From NCBI GenBank assembly GCA_046735265.1, contig JBKPSZ010000258.1, positions 1 to 51,527 on the forward strand: a stretch of DNA of 51,527 bases, given 5' to 3'. The notes under the pieces are model-generated. The model was not told the DNA's origin and did no database searches. It saw only the letters and a list, made by a program, of their open reading frames with translations. Below are positions 8,166-17,098 of this stretch, one piece after another. Position 1 is the first letter of the stretch. Every line of letters starts with the position of its first letter. The DNA is from Acidobacteriota bacterium (lineage in GTDB: Bacteria; Acidobacteriota; Thermoanaerobaculia; UBA5066; Gp7-AA6). Made by a program: the position numbers and the translations under genes.

Positions 8166-10300
8166 TTCCGCATCGCCTCGAGAATCCGCTCCGGCGTCGC
8201 CGGAATCGAACGCACGTCCACGCCGAGATGGCGGATCGCGTTGACGACGGCGGGCGCGGGGCCGTCGATGGGCAGCTCTCCGACGCCTTTCGCGCCGAAC
8301 GGGCCGCGCGGGTACGGGTTCTCGAGGATCTCGACGTCGATCTCGGGCGTGTCCATCGTGGTCGGGATCAGGTAGTTCGTGAGCTGGGCGTTCGCCATGC
8401 GGCCGTCCCGCATCGCGACCTCTTCCAAGAGCGCCCAGCCGAGGCCCTGCGCCGTTCCGCCTTCGATCTGCCCCTTCGCGAGGATCGGGTGGATCGCGCG
8501 GCCGAACTCCTGCACGGCGGTGACGCGCGTCGGTCGGATCTCTCCGGTGTCGGGATCCCGCTCGACCTCCGCGACGTCGCAGCCCCAGCCGTACGCGCCG
8601 TACGCGTCACCCCGATAGGTTTCGTCGCTCCACCGGATCTCGGGGGGCTTCGAGTACTCCTTCGTGATGCGAAGCGGACCGTGGCGCCGCAGGTACGCGC
8701 GGGGGGAGAGCCCGCCGAGGCGCGACTTCATCTCCCGCGCGGACTCCTCGAGGATCTTCCCGACGATCATGCACGTCCGAGAAGCAACGGTCGGGCCGCT
8801 GTCGGGCACGCGCGCGGTGTCGGCGTCGCCGACTTCGATCCGATCGTAGGGGAGACCGAGCGCCTCGGCCACGATCTGCGCGTGCATCGTCCGCGTGCCC
8901 TGTCCCATTTCCGTCGAAGCGACGAGGATTCGCGCGCCGGTCTCGGTCAGCTCGAGCGAGGCCTTCGAGGCGAGCTTGACCTCGCCTCCGCCGGTGAACC
9001 CCGAGCCGTGGAAGAAGAGCGCGAGGCCGATGCCGCGATCGGTTCCCGCCCAGGCGCGCCGCTTGCGGCGGAAGTCGCTCCGGCGGACGGCCTCGCGTAG
9101 AACCGCGAGCGCGCTCGTGTCCGCGCCGAGCTTCTGGCCGGTGGCCGTCTCGTCCCCGGGACGCAGCGCGTTGATCTCCCGGAGGCGGACCGGGTCCATT
9201 CCGAGAGTTTCCGCGATCCGCTCCATGTGGACTTCGGCCGCGAACTCCGACTGCGGCGCGCCGAAGCCGCGGAAGGCGCCGTTCGGTGGCGTGTTCGTCT
9301 TGACCGAGCGGGCGCGCAGGCGGACGTTCTCGCAGCGATACGGGCCGGTCGCGTGAATCGCGGCGCGGGAGAGCACGACCGCCGACAGGGTCGCGTAGGC
9401 GCCGCCGTCCATCAGGATGTCCGCGTCGATCGCCGTCAGGCGGCCGTCGCGCTTGACGCCGGTGCGGTGGCGGAGGATCGCCGGGTGCCGCTTCGTCGTC
9501 GCGACCATGTCCTCGCCGCGGTCGTAGACGATCTTGACCGGGCGGTTCGCCTTGCGCGCGAGGAGCGCCGCGTGTCCCGCGATCATCGAGGGGTACTCCT
9601 CCTTGCCGCCGAAGGCGCCGCCCGTCTCGGTCTGGACGACGCGGACCTTCTCGTCGGGCAGGCCGAGAAGGATCTTCAGTGCCCGGTGCACGTAGTAGGG
9701 GCACTGGAGCGACCCGTACACGGTGATGCCGCCGTTCTCGGGGAGCGCGATGACACCGTTGGGCTCGATGTAGAGCTGCTCCTGGTGGCCCGTCCGGTAT
9801 TCCCCTTCGACGACGACGTCCGCCTCCCGGAATCCGCGCTCGAGATCGCCTTTGGCGATGGTGATGTCCTTGAACGTCTCGGTCGCGCGTTCCGGGTCGA
9901 GGATCGGGTCGGCGACTTCGTAGTCGATCGCCACCTCGGCCGCCTCGAGTCGCTCTCGGTCCGCGTGGGCGAGGAGCAGGATCGGCTCGGCGAAATGCCG
10001 GATCTCGCGCTCCGCGAGGCACGGCTGGTCCTCTTCGATGAGCGCGACGAAGTTGCGGCCCGGCACGTCGCGGTGGTCCGCGACGACGAATCCTGCGGGG
10101 TCGAAGCCGAGGCGGATGCCGCGGATGCGCCCGCGCGGAATCGTCGATCGCACGGTGCGTCCCCAGAGCATTCCCGGGAAGGAGATGTCGTCGATGTACC
10201 TGGCCGCGCCGGTGACTTTCGCCGCCCCCTCCTTGCGGGGGACGTTGCGGCCGACGAAACGGGTTCGGGGGGGAGTTTTCCTCGGTCCTCTCGACGTCAC
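8162..10300 (-). CDS. xanthine-dehydrogenase-family molybdopterin-binding large subunit
   Basis: GTG start at 10300 (VTSRGPRKTPP...FVGRNVPRKEGAAKVTG), in a GTGA overlap with the PreA-like stop. Has QTETGGAFGGKEEY, ...GFRGFGAPQ... and ...GAKGVGELPIDGPAP motifs. The track extension to 11623 is a shadow frame. Confidence 0.9.
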   Translation of the reverse strand: MTSRGPRKTPPRTRFVGRNVPRKEGAAKVTGAARYIDDISFPGMLWGRTVRSTIPRGRIRGIRLGFDPAGFVVADHRDVPGRNFVALIEEDQPCLAEREIRHFAEPILLLAHADRERLEAAEVAIDYEVADPILDPERATETFKDITIAKGDLERGFREADVVVEGEYRTGHQEQLYIEPNGVIALPENGGITVYGSLQCPYYVHRALKILLGLPDEKVRVVQTETGGAFGGKEEYPSMIAGHAALLARKANRPVKIVYDRGEDMVATTKRHPAILRHRTGVKRDGRLTAIDADILMDGGAYATLSAVVLSRAAIHATGPYRCENVRLRARSVKTNTPPNGAFRGFGAPQSEFAAEVHMERIAETLGMDPVRLREINALRPGDETATGQKLGADTSALAVLREAVRRSDFRRKRRAWAGTDRGIGLALFFHGSGFTGGGEVKLASKASLELTETGARILVASTEMGQGTRTMHAQIVAEALGLPYDRIEVGDADTARVPDSGPTVASRTCMIVGKILEESAREMKSRLGGLSPRAYLRRHGPLRITKEYSKPPEIRWSDETYRGDAYGAYGWGCDVAEVERDPDTGEIRPTRVTAVQEFGRAIHPILAKGQIEGGTAQGLGWALLEEVAMRDGRMANAQLTNYLIPTTMDTPEIDVEILENPYPRGPFGAKGVGELPIDGPAPAVVNAIRHLGVDVRSIPATPERILEAMRK

Positions 10301-11415
10301 GAGGACTTGGAGCCTACCGCTTCCGACTCGTAGCCGCCGTGGTAGCCGGACGCCTCGGGGCGCTTGATCTGCGAGTGCGGCACGATCCGGTCGCGGCGCA
10401 GTCCCCGGAAGTCGTCGAGGGTCTTCCAGCCGCGGTGGGCGTTCTTCTCGAGGAACTCGGTCATTCCGTTTCGAAGCTCGCGGACGACGTTCGGTCCGAC
10501 CGCGTGATCGAGCATGGCCGCGGTGCAGACCTGGACGGTGCCGCAGCCGAGCAGGAAGTAATTCAGGGCGTGGGCGAAATTCGAGATGCCTCCGATGCCC
10601 GAGAAGCTGCGGTCCGGAAGAGCCGCGGTCATCTGCGACATCTTGGCGAGCGAGAGCGGGAGGATCGCGGGTCCGCCGAGGCCGCCCATCGCCGTCAGGC
10701 CCTCGACGTTCATCTCGAACTCGAGCGTCTCGGCGTCGATGAGCGTGAGCGACGTGAAGGTGTTCGAGGAGGAGATCGCGTCCGCCCCGCCGAGGAACGC
10801 GCCGCGCGCCTCGACGACGATGTCCGTCGTGGAAGGCGTCAGCTTCGCCCAGATCGGGATCCGCGAAACCTCGCGCACGACGTTCGTCACGATCGAGATC
10901 TGCTGCTGGTCCTTCCCGATGTTCGACCCCATGTCCTTGCGGTCCATGTGTGGGCAGGAGAGGTTCAATTCGAGCGCGTCCACGCCCTCGTCCTGACAGG
11001 CCTTCGCCAGCGTCTGCCAGTGGCGCATTTCTTCGTCGGACCCCGAACCCGCCATGATCGAGGCGACGAGCCTCTTCGTCGGGTGAGCCTTCTTGATACG
11101 CGAGAGACGGCCGATCCACCAGTCGAGGGGCTTGTCCGAGATGAGCTCCCAGTTCCACGAGGAATGGAGCGCGGCGCCCGGCCGCTTCTTCATGGAGAGT
11201 TGCGGCGAGTCCGCATCGGCCCGAAGGAAGTTCGTCTTCGGCCCCTTGACGTTGACGACCGGGTGGAGACCGATCGTCTTCGTGACGACCCCACCCCAGC
11301 CCGCTTCGAAGGCCCGCAGGATGTTCGATTCCGACTCCGTCGGGGGAGCCGACGAGAGGAGAAACGGGTTCTCGAATCGGAGCCCGGTGAAGACGGTCGA
11401 GAGGTCGGTGCTCAT
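10297..11415 (-). CDS. preA: dihydropyrimidine-dehydrogenase PreA-like / class-1 dihydroorotate-dehydrogenase-family flavoprotein, without a C-terminal Fe-S domain
   Basis: 372 aa. Contains ...FENPFLLSSAPPT..., ...LELNLSCPHM... (catalytic Cys loop) and ...SGIGGISN... No CxxCxxCxxxC cluster motif occurs anywhere in the protein. Confidence 0.82.
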   Translation of the reverse strand: MSTDLSTVFTGLRFENPFLLSSAPPTESESNILRAFEAGWGGVVTKTIGLHPVVNVKGPKTNFLRADADSPQLSMKKRPGAALHSSWNWELISDKPLDWWIGRLSRIKKAHPTKRLVASIMAGSGSDEEMRHWQTLAKACQDEGVDALELNLSCPHMDRKDMGSNIGKDQQQISIVTNVVREVSRIPIWAKLTPSTTDIVVEARGAFLGGADAISSSNTFTSLTLIDAETLEFEMNVEGLTAMGGLGGPAILPLSLAKMSQMTAALPDRSFSGIGGISNFAHALNYFLLGCGTVQVCTAAMLDHAVGPNVVRELRNGMTEFLEKNAHRGWKTLDDFRGLRRDRIVPHSQIKRPEASGYHGGYESEAVGSKSS

Positions 11416-11498
11416 GGTTCAGTTCCCGTTGGCGGCCCGGCACGATTCTACGCTCGTGCGGCGCTCTCCGCGGTCTCGGACCCCTCCGAATCGGCCGC

Positions 11499-12026
11499 TC
11501 AGGCGGTGTCCGAAAGAAAGGCGGCCCAGTTGTCGGGAAGGCGGGAGATTCCGGCGACCTCTCGCAGCCGATCGGACGTGAGGGGAACGACCTTGAACTC
11601 GGCGTCCACGCAGAGGGCCCCATCCGTCCGCCGCGCTTCGATGTGAACGACGAGCGGATCCGAAGCGCCGCCCCGCTGCTTCACACGGCCGAGGAGAGTG
11701 ATCGGCAGATCCGTCGGCGCAGGCTTGTGGTACGTCGCGGTCGCCGAACGGAGCAGCCACGCCGCGCCGCGATTCGGGCCGAGCAGCGTCGCAACCCACG
11801 TGGAGAGGCAGTCCATGGCGGTGTAGATCGCGCCGCCGTGGGTGATGCCGGGAAATCCGGCCATGTGGTCGGTCGGTACGAAGCGGGCACGGAGATAGGA
11901 GTCGTCGTTCGAGTCACGGTGGATCTCGATCCGAAGCCCGTGAGAGTTCTCCAGGCCGCATCCGAAGCAGGTGTTGTCCGCGAGCAGATCGCGATTGACG
12001 AGAGAAGTCACGGAAGGTCCCTCCAT
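11499..12026 (-). CDS. PaaI-family (hotdog-fold) thioesterase
   Basis: Start at MEGPSVTSLV (ATG at 12026). Has ...CFGCGLENSHGLRI... and ...GITHGGAIYTAMD... The upstream part of track ORF 11499..12305 is rejected. Confidence 0.75.
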   Translation of the reverse strand: MEGPSVTSLVNRDLLADNTCFGCGLENSHGLRIEIHRDSNDDSYLRARFVPTDHMAGFPGITHGGAIYTAMDCLSTWVATLLGPNRGAAWLLRSATATYHKPAPTDLPITLLGRVKQRGGASDPLVVHIEARRTDGALCVDAEFKVVPLTSDRLREVAGISRLPDNWAAFLSDTA

Positions 12027-12045
12027 TCGGATGGATGCCGGCGCG

Positions 12046-12456
12046 TCAGAAGAATCCGCGGAGGAAGGCTGCCGCTTTCTCCGAGATGCCGGCGATCTTG
12101 TTCGTCGCCTGACGATAGAACTTGAAGTTGAGCTCGGTCTCGGGTCGGCCGTCGTTCCAGTCGGAAAAGGGCTTGAGCTCCGTGCGCCCGAGGCGCCGCT
12201 TCGCGGCCCCCGTGCGTCGGACGGTGATGCTGACGCGCGGCGTCTGCCGGGCAATCCCGCTCTTCTTTGGGGTCGCTCTGGCCGTCGTGACGACGCCGCT
12301 CGCAATGAGTCCCGGTCCTCCTTCGTTCTCGCTCGCCAAGACGAAGATCGTGTCGCCCTTGGTGATGCGCCTGCCGCCGTACATCGTCTTCTGCGCGGGG
12401 AACGCGAACGTCTTCGCGCGCGGGTCGCGAACCTCGGCTTTGATCACGAACATCAT
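12046..12456 (-). CDS. hypothetical protein (136 aa)
   Basis: Coding-like codon bias. ATGA overlap with the RidA stop. No family recognised. Confidence 0.5.
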   Translation of the reverse strand: MMFVIKAEVRDPRAKTFAFPAQKTMYGGRRITKGDTIFVLASENEGGPGLIASGVVTTARATPKKSGIARQTPRVSITVRRTGAAKRRLGRTELKPFSDWNDGRPETELNFKFYRQATNKIAGISEKAAAFLRGFF

Positions 12457-12890
12457 TTTTCGCGAGCGTCAGCGCCCGTCACCGGTGTCGCAATGGCGAG
12501 CGCTTCCACTTCCACCAGAAATTCGGGCCTTCCGAGCGCCTGGACGCCGACGAGCGTACATGCCGGCAGAGATGGACCGTCGAAATGGCGCTGCACGGCG
12601 CTCCGGATCGCACCGATTTTTCCCTGCTCGTAACCGACCACGTAAATCGTGAGCTTCGCCACGTCTCTCGCCGAGCAGTCTGCGGCGGAAATCGCCCGGA
12701 TCAGGTTGACAAACGCCTGCTCGACTTGCGCTTCGAAGCTGCCGTCGCCCACCAGGGCCTCATGCGCGTCCACGCCGACCTGGCCCGACGTGACCACGAT
12801 CCGAAGCGGCGACCCCTCCGTCGCGACGACCTGCGAAAACAGAGTGCTCCAGTCCGGAAGCTCCGGCGGATTGAGATGCGTCCGTTTCAC
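12453..12890 (-). CDS. RidA/YjgF-family reactive-intermediate deaminase
   Basis: GTG start at 12890 (VKRTHLNPPELP...), in a GTGA overlap with the upstream VOC gene. Contains ...IVVTSGQVGVD... and ...LTIYVV... Confidence 0.82.
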   Translation of the reverse strand: MKRTHLNPPELPDWSTLFSQVVATEGSPLRIVVTSGQVGVDAHEALVGDGSFEAQVEQAFVNLIRAISAADCSARDVAKLTIYVVGYEQGKIGAIRSAVQRHFDGPSLPACTLVGVQALGRPEFLVEVEALAIATPVTGADAREK

Positions 12891-13261
12891 GGGGCGGCTT
12901 CGGAGAAACACAGGATGTAGCCGTCGGGATCCTCGACGTAGAAATCGCGCGTGCCCCAGGGCCTCTGCTTGAGCGGTCTCGTGATGGGCGCTCCGCGGCC
13001 GACGAGCTCGTCGTGCAACTCCCCGACCCCGGAGACGGCCAGATACGCGTCGAGATGCTCGCCCGACCTGCGGTGGGCGCGCTCGGCGTCGAGCTTGGGC
13101 GCGCACTTCAAGTGGATGACGGCGCGATCGCGGGAGACGCTGGCGTAGAAGCTTTCGTAGACGAAGTCGCGCGAGAAACCGAGGCGCTGTTCGTAGAAGG
13201 CCAGGGAGTCATCCAGTTTGTCGACGAGGAATTGAGGAACCGCAGCGGTGATCGAAGCCAT
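12887..13261 (-). CDS. VOC-family (glyoxalase/bleomycin-resistance fold) protein
   Basis: 124 aa. Contains ...SLAFYEQRLGF... and ...FYVEDPDGYILCF... Confidence 0.8.
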   Translation of the reverse strand: MASITAAVPQFLVDKLDDSLAFYEQRLGFSRDFVYESFYASVSRDRAVIHLKCAPKLDAERAHRRSGEHLDAYLAVSGVGELHDELVGRGAPITRPLKQRPWGTRDFYVEDPDGYILCFSEAAP

Positions 13262-13467
13262 GAGACACCTCCTGGCGGTTTAGCCGACGCTCCCGGAGCG
13301 AGTCCGCTACACGCGCGTGTTCGGCGGCCGACGAGTTGTTCCCGCCAAATGTTAGACCGGGTCCGTCACGCTCCCTCGGGGAGCCACAGGACTGCCGAAC
13401 TCGGGTTCGGGTACGCCCATCATGTTCCCCTTGCGCTACCAGGATGCACGCCTGTGAAGACGCAACC

Positions 13468-13953
13468 TCAACCCCGGCGCGCCGCCTCGATCGCAGCGAT
13501 GTCGATCTTCTTCATCTGCATCATCGCATCGAAGGCGCGCTTGGCGGCTGCAGGATCGGGATCGGTGATCGCTTTCGTCAGAGCCAGAGGCGTAATCTGC
13601 CACGACACGCCCCATTTATCTTTGCACCAGCCGCAAGCACTCTCCTCGCCGCCGTTGCCGACGATTGCGTTCCAGTAGCGATCCGTTTCGGCTTGGTCGG
13701 CGGTTGCGACCTGAAACGAGAACGCTTCGTTGTGCTTGAACGTGGGTCCACCATTGAGCCCGAGGCAAGAAACGCCCATGACGGAGAAATCGACCGTCAG
13801 CACATCTCCTTTCTTCCCGGACGGAAAGTCGCCCGGGGCGCGATGCACGGCGCCGACGGATGAATCCGGAAACGTCCGGGCGTAAAAGCGCGCCGCGTCC
13901 TCGGCGTCGCGGTCGTACCAGAGGCAAATCGTGTTCTTCGCTGGCTTCGTCAT
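13468..13953 (-). CDS. VOC-family protein, PhnB / 3-demethylubiquinone-9 3-methyltransferase-domain type
   Basis: Start at MTKPAKNTICLWYD (ATG at 13953, GGAG 7 nt upstream). Contains ...CGWCKDKWGVSWQI... Confidence 0.8.
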   Translation of the reverse strand: MTKPAKNTICLWYDRDAEDAARFYARTFPDSSVGAVHRAPGDFPSGKKGDVLTVDFSVMGVSCLGLNGGPTFKHNEAFSFQVATADQAETDRYWNAIVGNGGEESACGWCKDKWGVSWQITPLALTKAITDPDPAAAKRAFDAMMQMKKIDIAAIEAARRG

Positions 13954-14301
13954 GTCACTTCTCCATCGTTGTGAGCCGCCTGGAACCGGAGTAACGCCGT
14001 AGGTCACAGTCGAAGGCACTGGCTCTGCCAACATTTCCGCGTTAACCGGGGCAAGATCCGTACCATTTCCGCCGCTCAGCCGCCTGACGTTCGCGTTCCG
14101 CCGCGAACGAATCGAATCCCATGTGAGACGCGCCGCGATCGTGTTGAGGGGTACATCGCGGACCTGCTGGCTGCCGCGCGCGGCGAGCAGCTTCCCGGCG
14201 CAAGAGCTAGTCCGACCGCCACGGTCGCTCAGGATCGACGGTTGGGAGGGCGCCTCAGCGGAGGACTCCCCGATGGGACCGGCGACGGCGTCGTCAAACC
14301 C

Positions 14302-14973
14302 CTAGCCCTCGCGCTTCATCCGCTCCCGGCGGGCGACCTCGCGATCGCTCGGTGAATCGAGGGCGGTGTCGCCAATCTTGATAGCACCCTCTCGCTCGTA
14401 ATGGCCGACGATCAGGCCATTTGGAGAGACGCGGGACCTCGTCAGCTTGAACGAATGCGGCGCCGATCCGTCGGCGAAGAGCTTCTTGCCGCTGCCCAGC
14501 AGGACCGGCACGGTGAAGATGCTCATCGCGTCGACCAGATCATTGGCGAGCAACGCGTGGACGAGTTCGGTGCTGCCCTGGGTGACGAGGTTCGGGCCGT
14601 CTTCCTGCTTCAGGCGCTTCACGTCGGCGATGTCGCGCAGGAGCACGGAACCCGCCCAGCTCGTATCGACCTGGCCCGAGCGCGAAACCGCGTACTTCTT
14701 GATGTCGTTGAACAGCCTGGCGATGCCGCCATAGTCAGCGTCTTCGTCGTAGTAGGGCCAGTACCCGGCAAAAATCTCGTAGGTCTTGCGGCCGAGCAGC
14801 AGATCGAACTTCTCCTTGAAAACGCGATCGATCTCTTCGCCGAACGCTGGATCGAAATAGGGCATCGCCCAGCCGCCGAACCTGAAGCCCTTGGTCGGAT
14901 CCTCGGTCGGCCCCCCGGGCGCTTGCATGACGCCATCGATCGAAACCTGGGCGCCGACGATGATCTTCCGCAT
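14302..14973 (-). CDS. dihydrofolate-reductase-family (RibD C-terminal domain) protein
   Basis: 223 aa. Contains MRKIIVGAQVSIDGVM... and ...LLGRKTYEIFAGYWP... Confidence 0.83.
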   Translation of the reverse strand: MRKIIVGAQVSIDGVMQAPGGPTEDPTKGFRFGGWAMPYFDPAFGEEIDRVFKEKFDLLLGRKTYEIFAGYWPYYDEDADYGGIARLFNDIKKYAVSRSGQVDTSWAGSVLLRDIADVKRLKQEDGPNLVTQGSTELVHALLANDLVDAMSIFTVPVLLGSGKKLFADGSAPHSFKLTRSRVSPNGLIVGHYEREGAIKIGDTALDSPSDREVARRERMKREG

Positions 14974-15111
14974 GGGTCACTCCTTGTTCGAAACCAGGAC
15001 GAGCCGCCCGCTTCTGATCCGACACGTTCTCGTTGTCGTCTTGGCGAGCGGTGCGGTTCAAGCGGTGCGCCAGCTAGCCCGAGCGGCCGAATCGGCTAAC
15101 GAGCCCGATGG

Positions 15112-15660
15112 CTACCTTCTCGGCTCGTACCGCATTGCCACCGCCCCCGAGCCGAACTCCAGCCGACCCACGAGCTTCAAGTCGACATGCTTCGACAGCC
15201 CCGCGAACAACGTCGGCCCGTGGCCCACGATCCTGGGCTGCACCACGAACTCGTATTCGTCGATCAATCCCAGCTCCGCCAAAGCCAGGGGGAGCTTCAC
15301 GCCTCCCGTAAACAATCCTTTCCCCGGCTCTTGTTTGAGCTTCTGAACGGCTCTCCCCAGGTCCCCGCGCACGAGCTCCGCGTTCCAATCGACCCGGTCC
15401 AGGGTGCTCGACACGACGTACTTCTTTTTCGCATCGATCGTCCGGGCGAACGGTTCCGTCCAATCGGGCCTCACTCCCTCCGGCGCCGGCCGCCGCCACC
15501 CCGCCTCCATCATTTCGTAGGTCACCCGGCCAAAGAGGAGGGCATCGGCCCGTTCGATGTTCTCAACCGCGTGGCGATGTATCTCTTCGTCTGCGAAATT
15601 CAGACGATGATCGCAGCACCCGTCCAACGTGACGTTGATGGAATACCGAAGCGGTCGCAT
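15112..15660 (-). CDS. dihydrofolate-reductase-family (RibD C-terminal domain) protein, second copy
   Basis: 182 aa. Contains ...INVTLDGC..., ...LFGRVTYEMM... and ...IDEYEFVVQPRIVG... Confidence 0.83.
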   Translation of the reverse strand: MRPLRYSINVTLDGCCDHRLNFADEEIHRHAVENIERADALLFGRVTYEMMEAGWRRPAPEGVRPDWTEPFARTIDAKKKYVVSSTLDRVDWNAELVRGDLGRAVQKLKQEPGKGLFTGGVKLPLALAELGLIDEYEFVVQPRIVGHGPTLFAGLSKHVDLKLVGRLEFGSGAVAMRYEPRR

Positions 15661-15689
15661 TACGTAAGAATACCGATCGCCAGAGGGCA

Positions 15690-15765
15690 GCCCAACGAGC
15701 TGCCGTTCAGCGGCGGGCGACCAAGCGAAGCGCGGGAGCGAGTCCGCTGCAACGGCATATTAGAC
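15690..15765 (-). repeat. best attC-like imperfect palindrome (76 nt)
   Basis: Reverse strand: GTCTAAT-AT-GCCGTT[G]CAGCGG-(28 nt)-CCGCTGAACGGC-AGCTC-GTTGGGC. The outer 7-nt boxes pair with G:T wobbles, followed by an unpaired spacer. The 12-bp inner stem has one extrahelical G. Confidence 0.5.
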
Positions 15766-15918
15766 GGCACCTGGTCTACTACCGTTCTCGCCTCGAGTCG
15801 TCGCGCGCCGCTGCCGGTCTTTGCGCCGGTCGTGAATTGGAACCCAGATCATCAGCCCGACCAGGGCCAGGAACAAGGCCACCGCCTGAAGCCACGGAGG
15901 ATCTGTGAGGTGAATCAT
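15760..15918 (-). CDS. possible 52-aa single-TM micro-protein (not in the ORF track)
   Basis: Own translation: MIHLTDPPWLQAVALFLALVGLMIWVPIHDRRKDRQRRATTRGENGSRPGAV*. Its stop codon lies inside the GTCTAAT box of the attC-like site. No RBS check was possible, so this is weak. Confidence 0.25.
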   Translation of the reverse strand: MIHLTDPPWLQAVALFLALVGLMIWVPIHDRRKDRQRRATTRGENGSRPGAV

Positions 15919-15983
15919 GAGGGGCTCGGCCGCTGCGCCTCCCCCACGCTCGGAAGTCGTCGCAGTAGCCAGCCGACAGTCAA

Positions 15984-16409
15984 TCAGGCGACGCCGAGCT
16001 TCCCGCGCTCCCCTTCACGGGGCGCCGCGAGCTCCTCGGGCGTCATGAACTCGGCCAGATCCGCCGCCTCGTAGAACGGCCGGATCTCGATCTCGCTCCG
16101 GCCCGGCATCGGATTGGGGGAGCGCTTCGCCCAGGCCAGCGCCTCGTCCATGTCCTTGACCTCCCAGATCGAGAAGCCGGCGATCAGTTCGCGGGTCTCG
16201 GCGAACGGCCCGTCGATGACCGTGCGGCCGGGACCGTCACAAACGACGCGCTTGGCCTGGGCGCTGTTTTTCAGGCCGGCGGCGGCCACGAAGACCCCGG
16301 CCTTGACCAGCTCCTCGGTGAACCGGTCCATCGCCGCGAACGCCTCGGCCGTGGGGGGCGCCGCCTTTTCGCTGCTCTCAGTGGCTTTCGCGAACACCAT
16401 AACCCGCAT
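15984..16409 (-). CDS. YciI-family protein
   Basis: Start at MRVMVFAKATE (ATG at 16409, AAGGAGG upstream). Contains ...DGPFAETRELIAGFSIWEV... Confidence 0.83.
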   Translation of the reverse strand: MRVMVFAKATESSEKAAPPTAEAFAAMDRFTEELVKAGVFVAAAGLKNSAQAKRVVCDGPGRTVIDGPFAETRELIAGFSIWEVKDMDEALAWAKRSPNPMPGRSEIEIRPFYEAADLAEFMTPEELAAPREGERGKLGVA

Positions 16410-16613
16410 CGTCAACCTCCTTGTTTGAGCCGGCCCTTTTGGCCTCTCATCGGGACGACGAACGAGCTTGTCGGAAATCGACATCCTTCTGCAAATCTCG
16501 CTCGAAGTTCGAACCGCGCGGCATCGCGGACAGCTGTTACGGTCTGAGGTTTGAACTCAGCCGCCTGCGAAGGTTGGCGAAGCCAGCCGTACCGGGTCGG
16601 CGGGAGCGAGGGG

Positions 16614-17033
16614 TTAGGCCTCGTTGCCGCGTGGCGCCTGAGCGGAAGCGCGTTCGACCAGGAGATACCGTCGACACAGCAGTTTGACCGCCGGTGCGAG
16701 TTTGCTGTCGTCGCGGTAGTCGAGCCATCGGACCTCGCTGATCTCGCCGTGTGCACGAGGATCACCCGCCCATTGCGCAGAGAAACAAATGAGCTCGACG
16801 TCGCCCGGATGACCGTACGCGGGGCCGACAACGGAATAGAGGTAGCGGATCGACTGTGGCGACAGATCGATGCCGAGCTCTTCCGTGAGTTCACGCTGGA
16901 GCGCTGATTCTGCGGACTCATGCTGCCCGATCTTGCCCCCTGGCAGATACCAGTGCTCATTCTGCCGAACGCGAACCAGCAGCAGCTTGCTGCCCCGCGT
17001 ATCCACGAGGCAAGCGCATCGAATTGGCGACAT
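16614..17033 (-). CDS. NUDIX hydrolase
   Basis: 139 aa. Has the Nudix box GGKIGQHESAESALQRELTEELG. Confidence 0.85.
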   Translation of the reverse strand: MSPIRCACLVDTRGSKLLLVRVRQNEHWYLPGGKIGQHESAESALQRELTEELGIDLSPQSIRYLYSVVGPAYGHPGDVELICFSAQWAGDPRAHGEISEVRWLDYRDDSKLAPAVKLLCRRYLLVERASAQAPRGNEA

Positions 17034-17098
17034 AGGACGAAGTGCGAAGAATGAAGCCGAATCCCCGGTTCAGCGGCGGTGCGTCGCGCCGTCCGCTC

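Noticed and set aside
14035-14301. Small ORFs or extra attC halves in the 14035-14301 and 13262-13467 spacers (for example the 23-aa MMGVPEPEFGSPVAPRGSVTDPV ending in GTCTAAC)
   Set aside because: They are too short and lack RBS evidence. The half-sites (…AAATGTTAGAC at 13347-13357; GCCAACATTTCCGCG at 14020-14034, approximate) have no complementary partner within 60-140 nt. They are reported only as supporting context for the island.
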